Shown here piece after piece: positions 16,726-26,615 of a stretch of DNA of 58,557 nt (position 1 is the first letter of the stretch; each line of letters begins with the position of its first letter). This stretch comes from a virus. The position numbers and the translations under genes are program-made. The notes beneath the pieces are model-generated. The model made no database searches, was not told the DNA's origin, and saw only the letters and a program-made list of their open reading frames with translations. The DNA is taken from UHGV virus genome UHGV-0155918. One strand, 5' to 3'.

Positions 16726-16917
16726 ATGAAAAAAGTAACTATATATTGCCCGGATTGTGGAAGAATTGCCGGACATTATGATGGGAGATCTACGATAGAT
16801 CATCCGTGTAAATGTAAAAAATGCAATCATATTGTGATTTATCGCGTGGCAACAGGCAAAATTGAAACAAAGCCAATACCAAAACGCGCTTGCAGTAGTG
16901 GAGTTTTATTTATATGA
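16726..16917 (+). CDS. Com-like zinc-ribbon protein
   Basis: IYCPDCGR...CKKCNH; GAGG RBS. Confidence 0.65.
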   Translation: MKKVTIYCPDCGRIAGHYDGRSTIDHPCKCKKCNHIVIYRVATGKIETKPIPKRACSSGVLFI

Positions 16918-18371
16918 ATACACAGTATTTTCATGACCTTGTAAAAGGCAGATATGGAAGAAAAATTGCATATGCTAACGTAGAACAGATTACGGCAGAC
17001 AATATCGTAAATGTTATCGGAAACTGCATTGGTGCATTTTATTTCAACAAGACGGTCATTCGGTATCTGTGGAACTACTACAAGGGCGATCAGCCTGTAT
17101 TGTACCGAACAAAGGTACAGAATGCGGATATAACCAATAAGGTATCTGAAAACCATGCCTATGAGATTGTTCAATTCAAGGTTGGTCAGACTTACGGTGA
17201 GCCAATTCAGCTTATCAGTAGGAAAGACGATGACCGTATAAACAATGCGGTTGATGAATTTAACGATTATCTGACCGATGCTAATAAGCAAGAAAAGGAC
17301 ATTAAGGCAGGAGAGTGGCAATCAGCAACCGGAACTTCATTTAAAGCGGTACAGATTACAAATGGAGATATACCATTTAGAATTGTCGCACCAACACCAA
17401 TGAATACATTTGTTATTTATAACCAATCCACAGAAGAACCACTTTTAGCAATCCAAGAGCTTAAGGATGCCGATGGACAGATGTATAAACTCTGCTACAC
17501 GGACTCTCACGAGTGCAAAATAGTGAACGGAGAGGTTCGAGATTGGAAACTGCATGGCTTTGGCGGAATCCCGATTGTTGAGTTTCCGAACAACCATGAG
17601 CGCATTTCTGATATTGAGCTTGTAATCGGACTATTGGATGCAATCAATACAATGCAGTCAAACCGAATGGATGGCGTTGAGCAGTTTGTTCAGTTTTGGA
17701 TAAAGTTTGTAAATTGCGACATTGACCCGGAAGCCTTTGAAAAAATGAAGATTTCCCATGCGCTGACCGTAAAATCCAACAATGAGCAGAATAAATCAGA
17801 TGTTGACATTATGACACAAGAGCTGAACCAGACAGAGTGCCAGGTTGCAAAGGATGATTTGTGGGATAATGCACAGTCCATTCTTGCCATACCAAATAAG
17901 AACAACAATAATTCCGGTGGAGATACACAGGGGGCCGTTGAGCTTAGAAACGGATGGGACTTCTCAAAGTCGAGAGCCAAACTGAAAGACCCAATTGTAA
18001 AGTCGGCTGAAAAAAGACTTGCGAAAGTTGTTTTGAATGTAATTCGTATACAGGATCACGATTTGGGATTGAGTTTGCGCGACTTTGATGTTCAGATTAA
18101 CCATAGCCCGCAAGACAATATGTACACAAAGTCACAGACATTATATCAACTTTTACAAGCTGGTATTCATCCACTTGTAGCAATTAAGTCTGTTGGACTT
18201 TGGGGAGATGCGGAAAAGACATTCCTGTTGTCAAAGCCATACTTGGATAATCTGTGGAAAACGATTGATGATGTGGAAGCGCAAGAACAGAAAGCACAAG
18301 AATTGATAAATAAAATGAATACAGATGGCACGCAGAGCCAGACAAACAAAGATAAGACGGTCACCGAGTAA
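16914..18371 (+). CDS. portal protein (SPP1 Gp6-like)
   Basis: LWNYYKGDQ, HGFGGIPIVEFPNN, DIELVIGLLDAIN motifs; position after terL. Confidence 0.92.
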   Translation: MNTQYFHDLVKGRYGRKIAYANVEQITADNIVNVIGNCIGAFYFNKTVIRYLWNYYKGDQPVLYRTKVQNADITNKVSENHAYEIVQFKVGQTYGEPIQLISRKDDDRINNAVDEFNDYLTDANKQEKDIKAGEWQSATGTSFKAVQITNGDIPFRIVAPTPMNTFVIYNQSTEEPLLAIQELKDADGQMYKLCYTDSHECKIVNGEVRDWKLHGFGGIPIVEFPNNHERISDIELVIGLLDAINTMQSNRMDGVEQFVQFWIKFVNCDIDPEAFEKMKISHALTVKSNNEQNKSDVDIMTQELNQTECQVAKDDLWDNAQSILAIPNKNNNNSGGDTQGAVELRNGWDFSKSRAKLKDPIVKSAEKRLAKVVLNVIRIQDHDLGLSLRDFDVQINHSPQDNMYTKSQTLYQLLQAGIHPLVAIKSVGLWGDAEKTFLLSKPYLDNLWKTIDDVEAQEQKAQELINKMNTDGTQSQTNKDKTVTE

Positions 18372-18486
18372 TCGGTGGCTGTTTTTATTTTATAAAAATT
18401 CGCAAAGTTGTGAGCGTAAAAATCAACAATGTCGTTCGGTGTCGTTGCACCGTATAAAAATTCGTATGACATATCGGAGGTAATGA

Positions 18487-19050
18487 ATGAAGAGAGAAGA
18501 TCTGATTGCTATGGGATTAAGCGAGGAAAACGCGGACAAGATCATGGCAGATTACGGAAGTTCCGTACAGAAAGCCAAAGCAAGGGTTGACGAGTACAAG
18601 GCAAAGGCTGACAAAGCTGAAGAGTTGCAGAAGCAGCTCGATGATATCGAACAGGGAAAGCTCACGGAAGTCGAGCAGGCAAATAAGAACCTCGAAAAAG
18701 CCAATGCGAGAATCGCGGAACTTGAAAAAGCGCAGGCAATAGCCACGCAGAGAGCCAATGCTGCATCTAAATTTAATGTTACCGCAGAACAGGCAGCGCA
18801 GATTGTAAAAGACGATGGCAGTTTTGATTATGACGTTCTTGGAAAGATTATCTCTGAAAAAGAGACCGCCGCAGCGCAAGCCAAGGAGCAGGAGATTGCA
18901 AAAGGCAGTACGAATCCGGGCGGTGGCACGGCTGGCGGAAATAAAGACAACGAAAAGACAGAAGCGGAAAAAGCCGCAGAGTCGATCGGAAAGACCTTAG
19001 CCGGAACGAATCAGGCGGCTAAGTCGGTAGTAGACAGTTATTTATCGTAA
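18487..19050 (+). CDS. capsid scaffolding protein
   Basis: MKREDLIAMGLSEE N-terminus, coiled coil, NPGGG tail. Confidence 0.85.
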   Translation: MKREDLIAMGLSEENADKIMADYGSSVQKAKARVDEYKAKADKAEELQKQLDDIEQGKLTEVEQANKNLEKANARIAELEKAQAIATQRANAASKFNVTAEQAAQIVKDDGSFDYDVLGKIISEKETAAAQAKEQEIAKGSTNPGGGTAGGNKDNEKTEAEKAAESIGKTLAGTNQAAKSVVDSYLS

Positions 19051-19063
19051 GGAGGTTTTAAAG

Positions 19064-19393
19064 ATGAAGTTTACTGAAAAAAGTGTAACAACTCAGCTTG
19101 AAATTCTGAAAAGAAAATTAGGCGGTGAGCTGTTCGAGGAAATCAAACTTGATGATACCGCATTCACAGAAGGCGTGTGCAAGGCAGGAAGTCCAATCGC
19201 CGTAGATGGAAAAGTTGATAAGGAAACAAAGCCAATCGGAATTTTACTTACAGATGTTTATAAGGACGAGAACCCTAACGGAACAATCCTTAGAGCGTTT
19301 GGAGTTGTAAATTCTGCAAACATTCAGACAAGCACAGGAGAAGCTGTTGCAGAGGCAGTTAAGACAGCCCTTCCGTTAATCGTATTTGAATAG
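19064..19393 (+). CDS. head decoration protein
   Basis: KAGSPI...GILLTDV; between scaffold and MCP. Confidence 0.75.
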   Translation: MKFTEKSVTTQLEILKRKLGGELFEEIKLDDTAFTEGVCKAGSPIAVDGKVDKETKPIGILLTDVYKDENPNGTILRAFGVVNSANIQTSTGEAVAEAVKTALPLIVFE

Positions 19394-19406
19394 GAGGTAA
19401 TACAGA

Positions 19407-20474
19407 ATGAACATTAGAGATGTGTATAGTGCAAAAGCAATCGCGCTTGTAAACACAGAGGTAGCAAGTAATAAAATTGCGTATCTTGGTTCGGGATTAT
19501 TCCCAGCTAAGAAGAAAATGGGACTTGATCTGAAATGGATTAAGACTTCCAAAGGACTTCCGGTTTCTCTTGCACCATCAAATTTTGATGCAGTGTCAAC
19601 GTTAAGAAGCCGTGAGGGATTCAAACTCACAGAAACAGAGATGGCTTTCTTCCGCGAGTCTATGCTGATTAAGGAAGCAGACGAACAGGAAATCATGCGA
19701 GCACAGGACAGTGCTGATCCATATGCAGCAGATGTATTAAGCAGAATCTTTGATGATGCAAATACTCTGATTGATGGGGCAAACGTAGTGCCGGAACGTA
19801 TGATTATGCAGTTGCTTGCACCGGCTGATGGATCTCCAAAGATTTCCATTCAGGCAAATGGCGTAACCTACGCTTATAACTACGATCCGAGCAACACATA
19901 CAAGACCCACAACTTTGCAAACCTTGAGACCGCAACAGATAAGTGGGATGACCACGAAAATTCTGATCCACTTGACGATGTTTCTGTTGCTCTTGATGCA
20001 GTCGAATCAGAGACAGGAGAGAGACCTTCTATCATGATTGTATCTCGTAAGACTATGGATCATCTTAAGCAGAATAAGAAGATTCGTTCCGCCATTCTTG
20101 CGCAGAATGCCACGGCAAACATCTTTATGAACGACAACCGTGTTAAAGAGGTATTCTCCAACGAACTCGGTATCAGCATTATTGTTTACTCTAAGCAGTA
20201 CAAGAATGAAGCTGGTACGGCATCTAAGTTTTACCCGGACGGATTTGCAACGCTTATCCCAAGCGGAGCACTTGGAAATACATGGTACGGTACAACACCG
20301 GAAGAACGTACACTTATCGGAAAGCCTACAGCAGATGTTTCTATCGTAAACACAGGTGTTGCTGTTGCAATTTCCGTATCGGAAGATCCTGTACAGACTA
20401 AGACAACGGTATCTGAAATCGTACTTCCGTCTTATGAGAGAATGGATAGCACCTATGTAATTAAGTGCTATTAG
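19407..20474 (+). CDS. major capsid protein (lambda gpE-like family)
   Basis: YLGSGLFP, MAFFRES, LGNTWYGTTPEE, VSEIVLPS motifs. Confidence 0.92.
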   Translation: MNIRDVYSAKAIALVNTEVASNKIAYLGSGLFPAKKKMGLDLKWIKTSKGLPVSLAPSNFDAVSTLRSREGFKLTETEMAFFRESMLIKEADEQEIMRAQDSADPYAADVLSRIFDDANTLIDGANVVPERMIMQLLAPADGSPKISIQANGVTYAYNYDPSNTYKTHNFANLETATDKWDDHENSDPLDDVSVALDAVESETGERPSIMIVSRKTMDHLKQNKKIRSAILAQNATANIFMNDNRVKEVFSNELGISIIVYSKQYKNEAGTASKFYPDGFATLIPSGALGNTWYGTTPEERTLIGKPTADVSIVNTGVAVAISVSEDPVQTKTTVSEIVLPSYERMDSTYVIKCY

Positions 20475-20485
20475 GAGGTGATCCT

Positions 20486-20713
20486 TTGGTTTACGAGTGC
20501 AAAACAAAATATAAGGGCAAATGGTATATGCCAGGAGAGGAAGTGCCGGAGGAAAAATCTCCGGTATCTTCCGTTGGGTATACAAAGACCGAAATCAACA
20601 GAATGAGTACCGCAGACTTGCAAAAACTTGCCACAGAGCAGGGGATTGAAAACGCACAAGCGACAAGCGGCGCGGAACTGAAAGAAATTCTGATTGCAAA
20701 ATTTAATCTGTAG
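20486..20713 (+). CDS. small protein with HeH/Rho-N-like helical domain
   Basis: TKTEINRMSTADLQKLATEQGI; after MCP. Confidence 0.65.
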   Translation: MVYECKTKYKGKWYMPGEEVPEEKSPVSSVGYTKTEINRMSTADLQKLATEQGIENAQATSGAELKEILIAKFNL

Positions 20714-20723
20714 GAGATCGCTT

Positions 20724-21104
20724 ATGTCATACACACTTGTCGAACAAGTAAAGATTCGTTTACAACAATTTCATATAGAAGAGGTAGAGGACGAAACAAC
20801 CGGGGAGAAGTCCGATAAAGTTGTGTTTGATGAAAAAGAATGTAACCCTTTGATTGAACAGCTTTTAGAGCAGGCAAGAAAAGAGATTATCAGCAGACGG
20901 AACTATCCGGACACATACACGCAAGACCAGATTGACAGTGATGTTAAGAACTATGAAAACATTATGGTCAATTTGGCAGTGTACGACCGGTCGCAGGCAG
21001 GAGAAGCATACATGGCAAGTTTCTCAGAAAACGGTGTGAGCCGGACATGGAAAGACCGTGAAAGCCTTTTTGTCGGAGTGTTTCCGTTTGTAAAAGCAAT
21101 GTAA
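20724..21104 (+). CDS. head-tail connector/adaptor
   Basis: NLAVYD...GEA...SFSENGVSRTW. Confidence 0.8.
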   Translation: MSYTLVEQVKIRLQQFHIEEVEDETTGEKSDKVVFDEKECNPLIEQLLEQARKEIISRRNYPDTYTQDQIDSDVKNYENIMVNLAVYDRSQAGEAYMASFSENGVSRTWKDRESLFVGVFPFVKAM

Positions 21105-21187
21105 TTAAAGAAGATTGAGCGTGACCATTATGGTTGCAGGCGGCGCACATTAAGCGGTGGTGGGCAGTGCGTCAAAAGGAGATTCAA

Positions 21188-21517
21188 ATGAAAAGTATTT
21201 TGATTCAAACTTATCTTGTGGCACTTCCGATAGTGCTCGGATATATAGTTTGGCTTCTTAAACAACAAAAGAAAAGCAGGGATGCGAATAGTAAAGGAAC
21301 AATGCTCCTTTTGCGCGTCCAGCTTATTGAATACCATGCAAAGTACGCCAGAATCGGAGAAATACCGTCATATGCCTATCAGAACTTCTGTGAGATGTAT
21401 GATGCGTACCATGCGTTAGGTGGAAACGGAATGGTTACGAAAATGAAACATGAGATTGAAGAGATTCATATAGGGAAAGGAGATAAAAGCCATGAGGAAT
21501 TGGAAGGATTGGACTAA
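21188..21517 (+). CDS. holin-associated membrane protein
   Basis: N-terminal TM helix; YDAYHALGGNG motif typical of lysis-cassette proteins. Confidence 0.65.
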   Translation: MKSILIQTYLVALPIVLGYIVWLLKQQKKSRDANSKGTMLLLRVQLIEYHAKYARIGEIPSYAYQNFCEMYDAYHALGGNGMVTKMKHEIEEIHIGKGDKSHEELEGLD

Positions 21518-21695
21518 GAAAGCCGGAATCCGAGCAATCAAGACTGTTGCGCAGGCGGCTATTGCAGGAATTGGAACGGCGGCATTTATGGGCGCGGTAG
21601 ATTGGAAATATGTTCTTTCCGCATCAGTCCTTGCCGGAGTGTTATCGCTTCTGACAAGTGTTGCCGGAATCCCGGAGGAAAACACCAATGCTTGA
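21492..21695 (+). CDS. holin (r1t-like)
   Basis: AGIRAIKTVAQAAIA...VDW...LAGVLSLLTSVAGIPE. Confidence 0.9.
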   Translation: MRNWKDWTKKAGIRAIKTVAQAAIAGIGTAAFMGAVDWKYVLSASVLAGVLSLLTSVAGIPEENTNA

Positions 21696-22146
21696 CATTA
21701 ACAAGCAGGAAATGAAATATTCGCAATCCGGTCAGAGGGTATTCATCCCACAAACTGACGAAAATGGAGATATTGTCTATGAAGGGTACAAGGATTCCGA
21801 TGGGAACTTTGTACCTTATTTAGATTCCGAAGGCAACAAGATTCCAAAAGGCGAGGAAATTGAAGGGTTTTCAGAACCTACGACATTCAAAGCCAATATC
21901 AGCAATAAGTTGTCAGAAGCCCTTGTGAAAGAATTCGGAATTGATGATAGTACATCATACTGTCAGCTTGTCACGGATAAAGGATATTTGCCACTGAAAG
22001 CCGGCGATGTGGTGTGGAAACGTTCGGAATTCAAACGCACTGATGATGGACTTGTGGATTCAGAAACCGCAGATTACATCGTAAAAGGCGTTGCTGATGA
22101 AGGACTGACCACGGATTTGTTTCTTCTTCGCAAGAATATTAAGTAG
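21688..22146 (+). CDS. head closure/stopper protein
   Basis: Position; FSEPTTFKANIS, LPLKAGDVVW, ADYIVKGV. Confidence 0.7.
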   Translation: MLDINKQEMKYSQSGQRVFIPQTDENGDIVYEGYKDSDGNFVPYLDSEGNKIPKGEEIEGFSEPTTFKANISNKLSEALVKEFGIDDSTSYCQLVTDKGYLPLKAGDVVWKRSEFKRTDDGLVDSETADYIVKGVADEGLTTDLFLLRKNIK

Positions 22147-22154
22147 GTGATTGT

Positions 22155-22697
22155 ATGAAAAAGAAACCTATTTCAATGACACTATCCACTAAGTCCATAC
22201 AAGACACTATAAAGAAATTAGAACAGTACCGCGATAGTTTACAGGCTAAATGCGATTTACTTGTTTCTAGGCTTGCACAGGAAGGTCAAACGGCGGCAAT
22301 AAAACAAATATCGAAATCTCCAATAGGGAACACGATAACGGTAAGGGTAGATAAAGCACCACAGTTAATGACCTCGAACGCAATTCTGATTGCAACCGGA
22401 AAAACGGTAACGTCAGAAGATAGAGAACCGTTCTATACTTTGCTTGCGGTAGAGTTTGGAGCCGGTATTTTTTATAACTCCAAAGAGAACCCGAAAGCAC
22501 CGGAACTTGGATTCGGTGTCGGCACATATCCGGGGCAAATACACGCTTTTGAAGATGGTTGGTACTATTGGGACGATAAGACCGAAACATGGCGTTATAC
22601 CCACGGTATCAAAGCCACAATGCCTATGTACAATGCGGAACAACAGATTATTCAACAGTATGTAAAGATTGCAAGGGAGGTATTCGGTGGAAAATGA
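22155..22697 (+). CDS. neck/tail completion protein (HK97 gp10-like)
   Basis: AVEFGAG, GWYYWD, THGIKATMPMYNA. Confidence 0.75.
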   Translation: MKKKPISMTLSTKSIQDTIKKLEQYRDSLQAKCDLLVSRLAQEGQTAAIKQISKSPIGNTITVRVDKAPQLMTSNAILIATGKTVTSEDREPFYTLLAVEFGAGIFYNSKENPKAPELGFGVGTYPGQIHAFEDGWYYWDDKTETWRYTHGIKATMPMYNAEQQIIQQYVKIAREVFGGK

Positions 22698-23097
22698 GTT
22701 AAATAGTTGGGCACTTGATTTTGAAGACACCTTATGTTCCCTTTTAAAATCGTACATGGAGAGCAAGGTAAGAGGAATTAAGGTGACGCAAGATGAAGAA
22801 TCGGGCGGCACCGCAACATTCCCGACACTTTTAGTCAGACAAATCGGTGGCACAGAAGCCGGAAGGACTAATGAAGCAAAGACAATCAACGCAATTCGCC
22901 CAACATTTCAAATCACAATTACAAACAAAGGTTCAAGAAAGGCAACTAAGGACATCGCAGCATATGCGGTGTCTTTTTTTAAACAACAAATGTTTGAGGT
23001 ATCAAATGTAATTCAAACAATTTCCAAGCAAGTGCGAACGGTTACATTCCGCGCAACTCGCGTAATTGGAAACATTGAGCATTTAGATCAGCTATAA
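22687..23097 (+). CDS. tail terminator protein
   Basis: ATFPTLLV motif; position before major tail. Confidence 0.7.
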   Translation: MENELNSWALDFEDTLCSLLKSYMESKVRGIKVTQDEESGGTATFPTLLVRQIGGTEAGRTNEAKTINAIRPTFQITITNKGSRKATKDIAAYAVSFFKQQMFEVSNVIQTISKQVRTVTFRATRVIGNIEHLDQL

Positions 23098-23117
23098 GCA
23101 GAAAGGAAGTAGAAAAT

Positions 23118-23603
23118 ATGGCATCAACAAGTTATAAAACGCGTGTCATTGTAAAAGAGCACACGGAAAAACAGGCCGATTTTGCAGGAACATACAATCT
23201 TTTGGTTGCGGCTAAGTCAGTTCCAAGTCCTGCATCACCACCAAACACTGTTGAATCAACCACAATGGAAGATGATCAGCAGACTTTTGAAAAAGGAATT
23301 AAGACTTCTGATTCAAGAGAAATCACAGGAAACCTTGAAAAAGAATATCTTTCAAAGGTGGATGGATATGGAGATAAAAAACTTGATATTATCCATCTGT
23401 ACGGAACGGACGGCATTGGCGGTGTAGCGAAGTACGCATATGTAGGAACTGCAACAGCCACACCTAACGATGTAGGTGGAAACGATGAAATCCTTGAAAT
23501 GACGGTAACAGTTATTCCAAGTACAGCATCAGAGCTTGTTACAGATAAGCTGACTGTCGTTGATAACAACGATGGAACATTCACTGTAACAGTGGTGGGG
23601 TAA
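23118..23603 (+). CDS. major tail tube protein
   Basis: PNTVESTTMEDDQQTFEKGIK motif. Confidence 0.85.
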   Translation: MASTSYKTRVIVKEHTEKQADFAGTYNLLVAAKSVPSPASPPNTVESTTMEDDQQTFEKGIKTSDSREITGNLEKEYLSKVDGYGDKKLDIIHLYGTDGIGGVAKYAYVGTATATPNDVGGNDEILEMTVTVIPSTASELVTDKLTVVDNNDGTFTVTVVG

Positions 23604-23746
23604 AAAGCCTATCGGACGAGCAATCGACCGCACCGGTAGGCGAGGATGAACGGTCGATAGCAGAACTTGAAGCAATAAGATAAGCAACAATGGGGCGGTG
23701 GCAACACTGCCCCTTGCCAATATATGGCAGAAAGGCAAGGTAAAAC

Positions 23747-24172
23747 ATGAAAGTTAAATTAGGTGGAAAAGAATATACAATTCAGTTTGCAACAAGACCA
23801 TCGTTAAAATCACATATCTTACAGGATATTATGAAGACACAGGACATGGAAGATATTTCTTCTATGGAAGATATTCTTCTTGAAACACTTCCTAAGACGC
23901 TTCTTGTGGGATTGCAGATGCATCACAATGACGAATTTGGATATGATTACAAAACAAACGAAGGCTACGATGAGCAGCTTGAGAAGGTGTCCGACATTCT
24001 CTATGGCGCGATTGACACAAACGAGATTAACTGCATGGATTTATTTGCTGATATGCAGGAGGAAATGATGACAAACGGTTTTTTAGCGCAGATGATGGAG
24101 TCGTTGGAGAAAGCACAGGAGCAGGAGCAGGAGAAGAAAAAGACCCCATCCAAGGCAAAGACCAAGAATTAA
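23747..24172 (+). CDS. tail assembly chaperone (gpG-like)
   Basis: MKVKLGGKEYTIQF start; after tail tube; G-AAA-AAG near 3' end. Confidence 0.8.
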   Translation: MKVKLGGKEYTIQFATRPSLKSHILQDIMKTQDMEDISSMEDILLETLPKTLLVGLQMHHNDEFGYDYKTNEGYDEQLEKVSDILYGAIDTNEINCMDLFADMQEEMMTNGFLAQMMESLEKAQEQEQEKKKTPSKAKTKN

Positions 24173-24552
24173 CATGGGAATATTACGTTGCGGAAATCCG
24201 TCCGTTTTACCTTGTGGTAACGAAAGGCTACGGATTTTCCGTTGATGATATAGATATGATGAATCCAGAGTTGCTTAAGCCTTATGTGGATGCATATAAG
24301 GCAGAATGGAAGCAACGCGATATGGAAATGTATATGTGGTTCGGCAGATATGCAACGTCAGCACTTGTGACCGCAATAGACGCGACATTCGGCAAGGGTA
24401 ATAGTAAGTATGTGAAAGAAACTTGCTATGATTCCATCGAAAAGCATAATACGGACGATCCCGATGCAGAGATACGAGAAATGCTTAAGGCAGAAGAAGC
24501 ATGGGCGGCTAAATCAAGAGAATCACATTTACCAAAGCCAAAGATAGTTTAA
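24142..24552 (+). CDS. tail assembly chaperone C-terminal extension (gpT-like, -1 frame)
   Basis: -1 frame is open from the slippery site through ORF 24214-24552. Confidence 0.65.
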   Translation, partial: DPIQGKDQELTWEYYVAEIRPFYLVVTKGYGFSVDDIDMMNPELLKPYVDAYKAEWKQRDMEMYMWFGRYATSALVTAIDATFGKGNSKYVKETCYDSIEKHNTDDPDAEIREMLKAEEAWAAKSRESHLPKPKIV

Positions 24553-24568
24553 GAAAAGAGGTATTGCT

Positions 24569-25258
24569 ATGGCAGTAATTATCGGAAGTGCGAGACACGA
24601 TGAACACGGAAATTGCTATTCTGGTGGAAAAGCCGGAGACCAGACCGGACAGGAAGTGTCTACGCAGAAGTTTTACAACCATTCTAAGGGATGGTACGTG
24701 CTAAGGGCGAAGGACGATAGGGTTGCGGAGAAGTTAGCCGAAGCTATGCAGATTGCATCTGACAACAAAAATATCGGCTATGACCAATCGGAACGCTACG
24801 GAGTCATTAAACATGGCATTAACACAAAGGTCAAGACGGAATGCGATTGTTCTTCCCTTGTGCGTGCCTGTATTATTTATGCGTCCGGTAAGGATGTTGG
24901 GGATTTCAATACATCTAATGAACGACCGGTAATTTTGAAATCCGGTTTGTTTGATGATATGGGTTCTTATCATGCCGGGTTTATTCTTCGCAACGGAGAT
25001 ATTCTTGTGACACGCATAAAAGGGCACACAGTTATTGTTGTAAAAGGCGCAAAGAAATGCAAAACCAAGTATTATCCGAAGTATACCGGAAATTCCGGTT
25101 CAATAGTCGAAGCATTAAAAGCGGTTGGGGAAGATGATGTGTCGAAAGAACATCGTGCGGAAATCGCAAAAAAGAACGGATTTTCCAATTTTAAGTTTAC
25201 ATCAGAGGAAAATTCAAAGATGATTTCTCTTCTGAAAAAGGGAAAACTGAAAAAGTAA
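24569..25258 (+). CDS. endolysin/cell-wall hydrolase (NlpC/P60-CHAP-like)
   Basis: IGYDQSER, ECDCSSLV (catalytic Cys), GDILV..KGHTVIV (His); C-terminal SIVEALKAVG binding domain. Confidence 0.85.
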   Translation: MAVIIGSARHDEHGNCYSGGKAGDQTGQEVSTQKFYNHSKGWYVLRAKDDRVAEKLAEAMQIASDNKNIGYDQSERYGVIKHGINTKVKTECDCSSLVRACIIYASGKDVGDFNTSNERPVILKSGLFDDMGSYHAGFILRNGDILVTRIKGHTVIVVKGAKKCKTKYYPKYTGNSGSIVEALKAVGEDDVSKEHRAEIAKKNGFSNFKFTSEENSKMISLLKKGKLKK

Positions 25259-25323
25259 TTCAAGGGCGGTAGGGGTCAAATCCTACCGCCTTTTTCTAAA
25301 ACTACATAAAGGAGGTGTAACTG

Positions 25324-26490
25324 TTGGAATTAGAAACCTTAGAGGTCAAAATTCAAGCGCAGGCAAGGCAAGCTAATGGGCAGATTGACGCACTGATAAC
25401 AAGGTTGGGAAAGCTATCTTCATCCTTGCAAAGCATAGATTCTAGCGGAATTAACCGGTTAGCAACCGGAGTAAACCGATTGTCAAACTCAATGAGTGCC
25501 ATGCGGAGTGTTGATTCAAGGTCGTTCTCGACTCTTGCAAGAAACATCAAAACGCTTAGTAACATTGACACAGGAAAGATAAATGCAGCAGCCGGAGCAA
25601 TGCGACAGATTTCAAAGTCGGTAAGCTCGTTTTTCGGTATGTCAAAATCGGTGCAAGGGTTATCGGAATTAGCCGGAGGAATCAAGCAACTTGGTTATAC
25701 AAGCTCAACAAAGGCTATCGAGAATATACCAAAACTTGCGGTTGCAATGCGTCAGCTTATGGCAGAATTGTCAAAAGCCCCTAGCGTAAGCCGGAATATT
25801 ATTGACATGACAAACGCATTGGCAAAATTATCGCGTACCGGTGGAGCGGCAGGAACAGCGGCAAAAAGCATCACAAGCTCATTTAGCGGATTTAGTTCAA
25901 GTGCATCCTTGGTAGCAAAGAAGTCGTTTTCTCTTGCGTCAGCAATCGGAAAAGTGTATGCAACGTACTGGGCTTTATTTCGCGGATTTAGGCTACTTGG
26001 AGACGCTATTGACATATCATCCTCACTGACAGAGGTTGAGAACGTTGTAAGGCAGACATTCGGGCAGTATGAAAGCCTAATTAACAATTTCGCAAAAACA
26101 TCCATTGAAAAATTTGGCATGTCTGAACTGTCTGCAAAGCAGTTCGCAAGTCGTTTCCAAGCTATGGGAACTGCCCTTGATATTCCGCAAGGGCAAATGG
26201 CAAAAATGTCTATCCGGTTGACAGAATTAGCCGGAGATATGGCTTCATTCTATGATGTGAGTCAAGAAGATATTGCCAAAAGTCTGCAATCTGTATTTTC
26301 CGGTACTACGGCACCTATGCGGCGTTATGGTATCGACTTGACACAGGCAACATTAAAGGAATGGGCATTAAAGCAAGGACTTGATGCGAACATTTCCTCA
26401 ATGACGCAGGCTCAAAAAGCCATGTTGCGTTATCAGTATGTGCTTGCGCATACAACCAATATTACCGGAGACTTTGCCAGAACAGCCGAT
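25324..26490 (+). CDS. tape measure protein, exon 1
   Basis: MELETLEVKIQA start; LTELAGDMASFY, QAQKAMLRYQY, GDFARTAD motifs. Confidence 0.9.
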
Positions 26491-26569
26491 AAACGAAACT
26501 TTTGTTTCATGTGTCGCGCGGCATAGCAATATGTCGATGAAAAATCGGGTAAAATCGGTGAAGGCTAAG

Positions 26570-26598
26570 TTGACTTAGCACGAACATTTTTGTATAAT
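26570..26598 (+). promoter_or_regulatory. intron-internal sigma-A promoter for the endonuclease
   Basis: TTGACT-17 bp-TATAAT upstream of GAGGTG RBS. Confidence 0.7.
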
Positions 26599-26615
26599 AT
26601 GTTTGAGGTGATTTA

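Noticed and set aside
26491..26526. TMP ORF C-terminus KRNFCFMCRAA and TTG start at 27704
   Set aside because: Both are artefacts of reading into intron sequence
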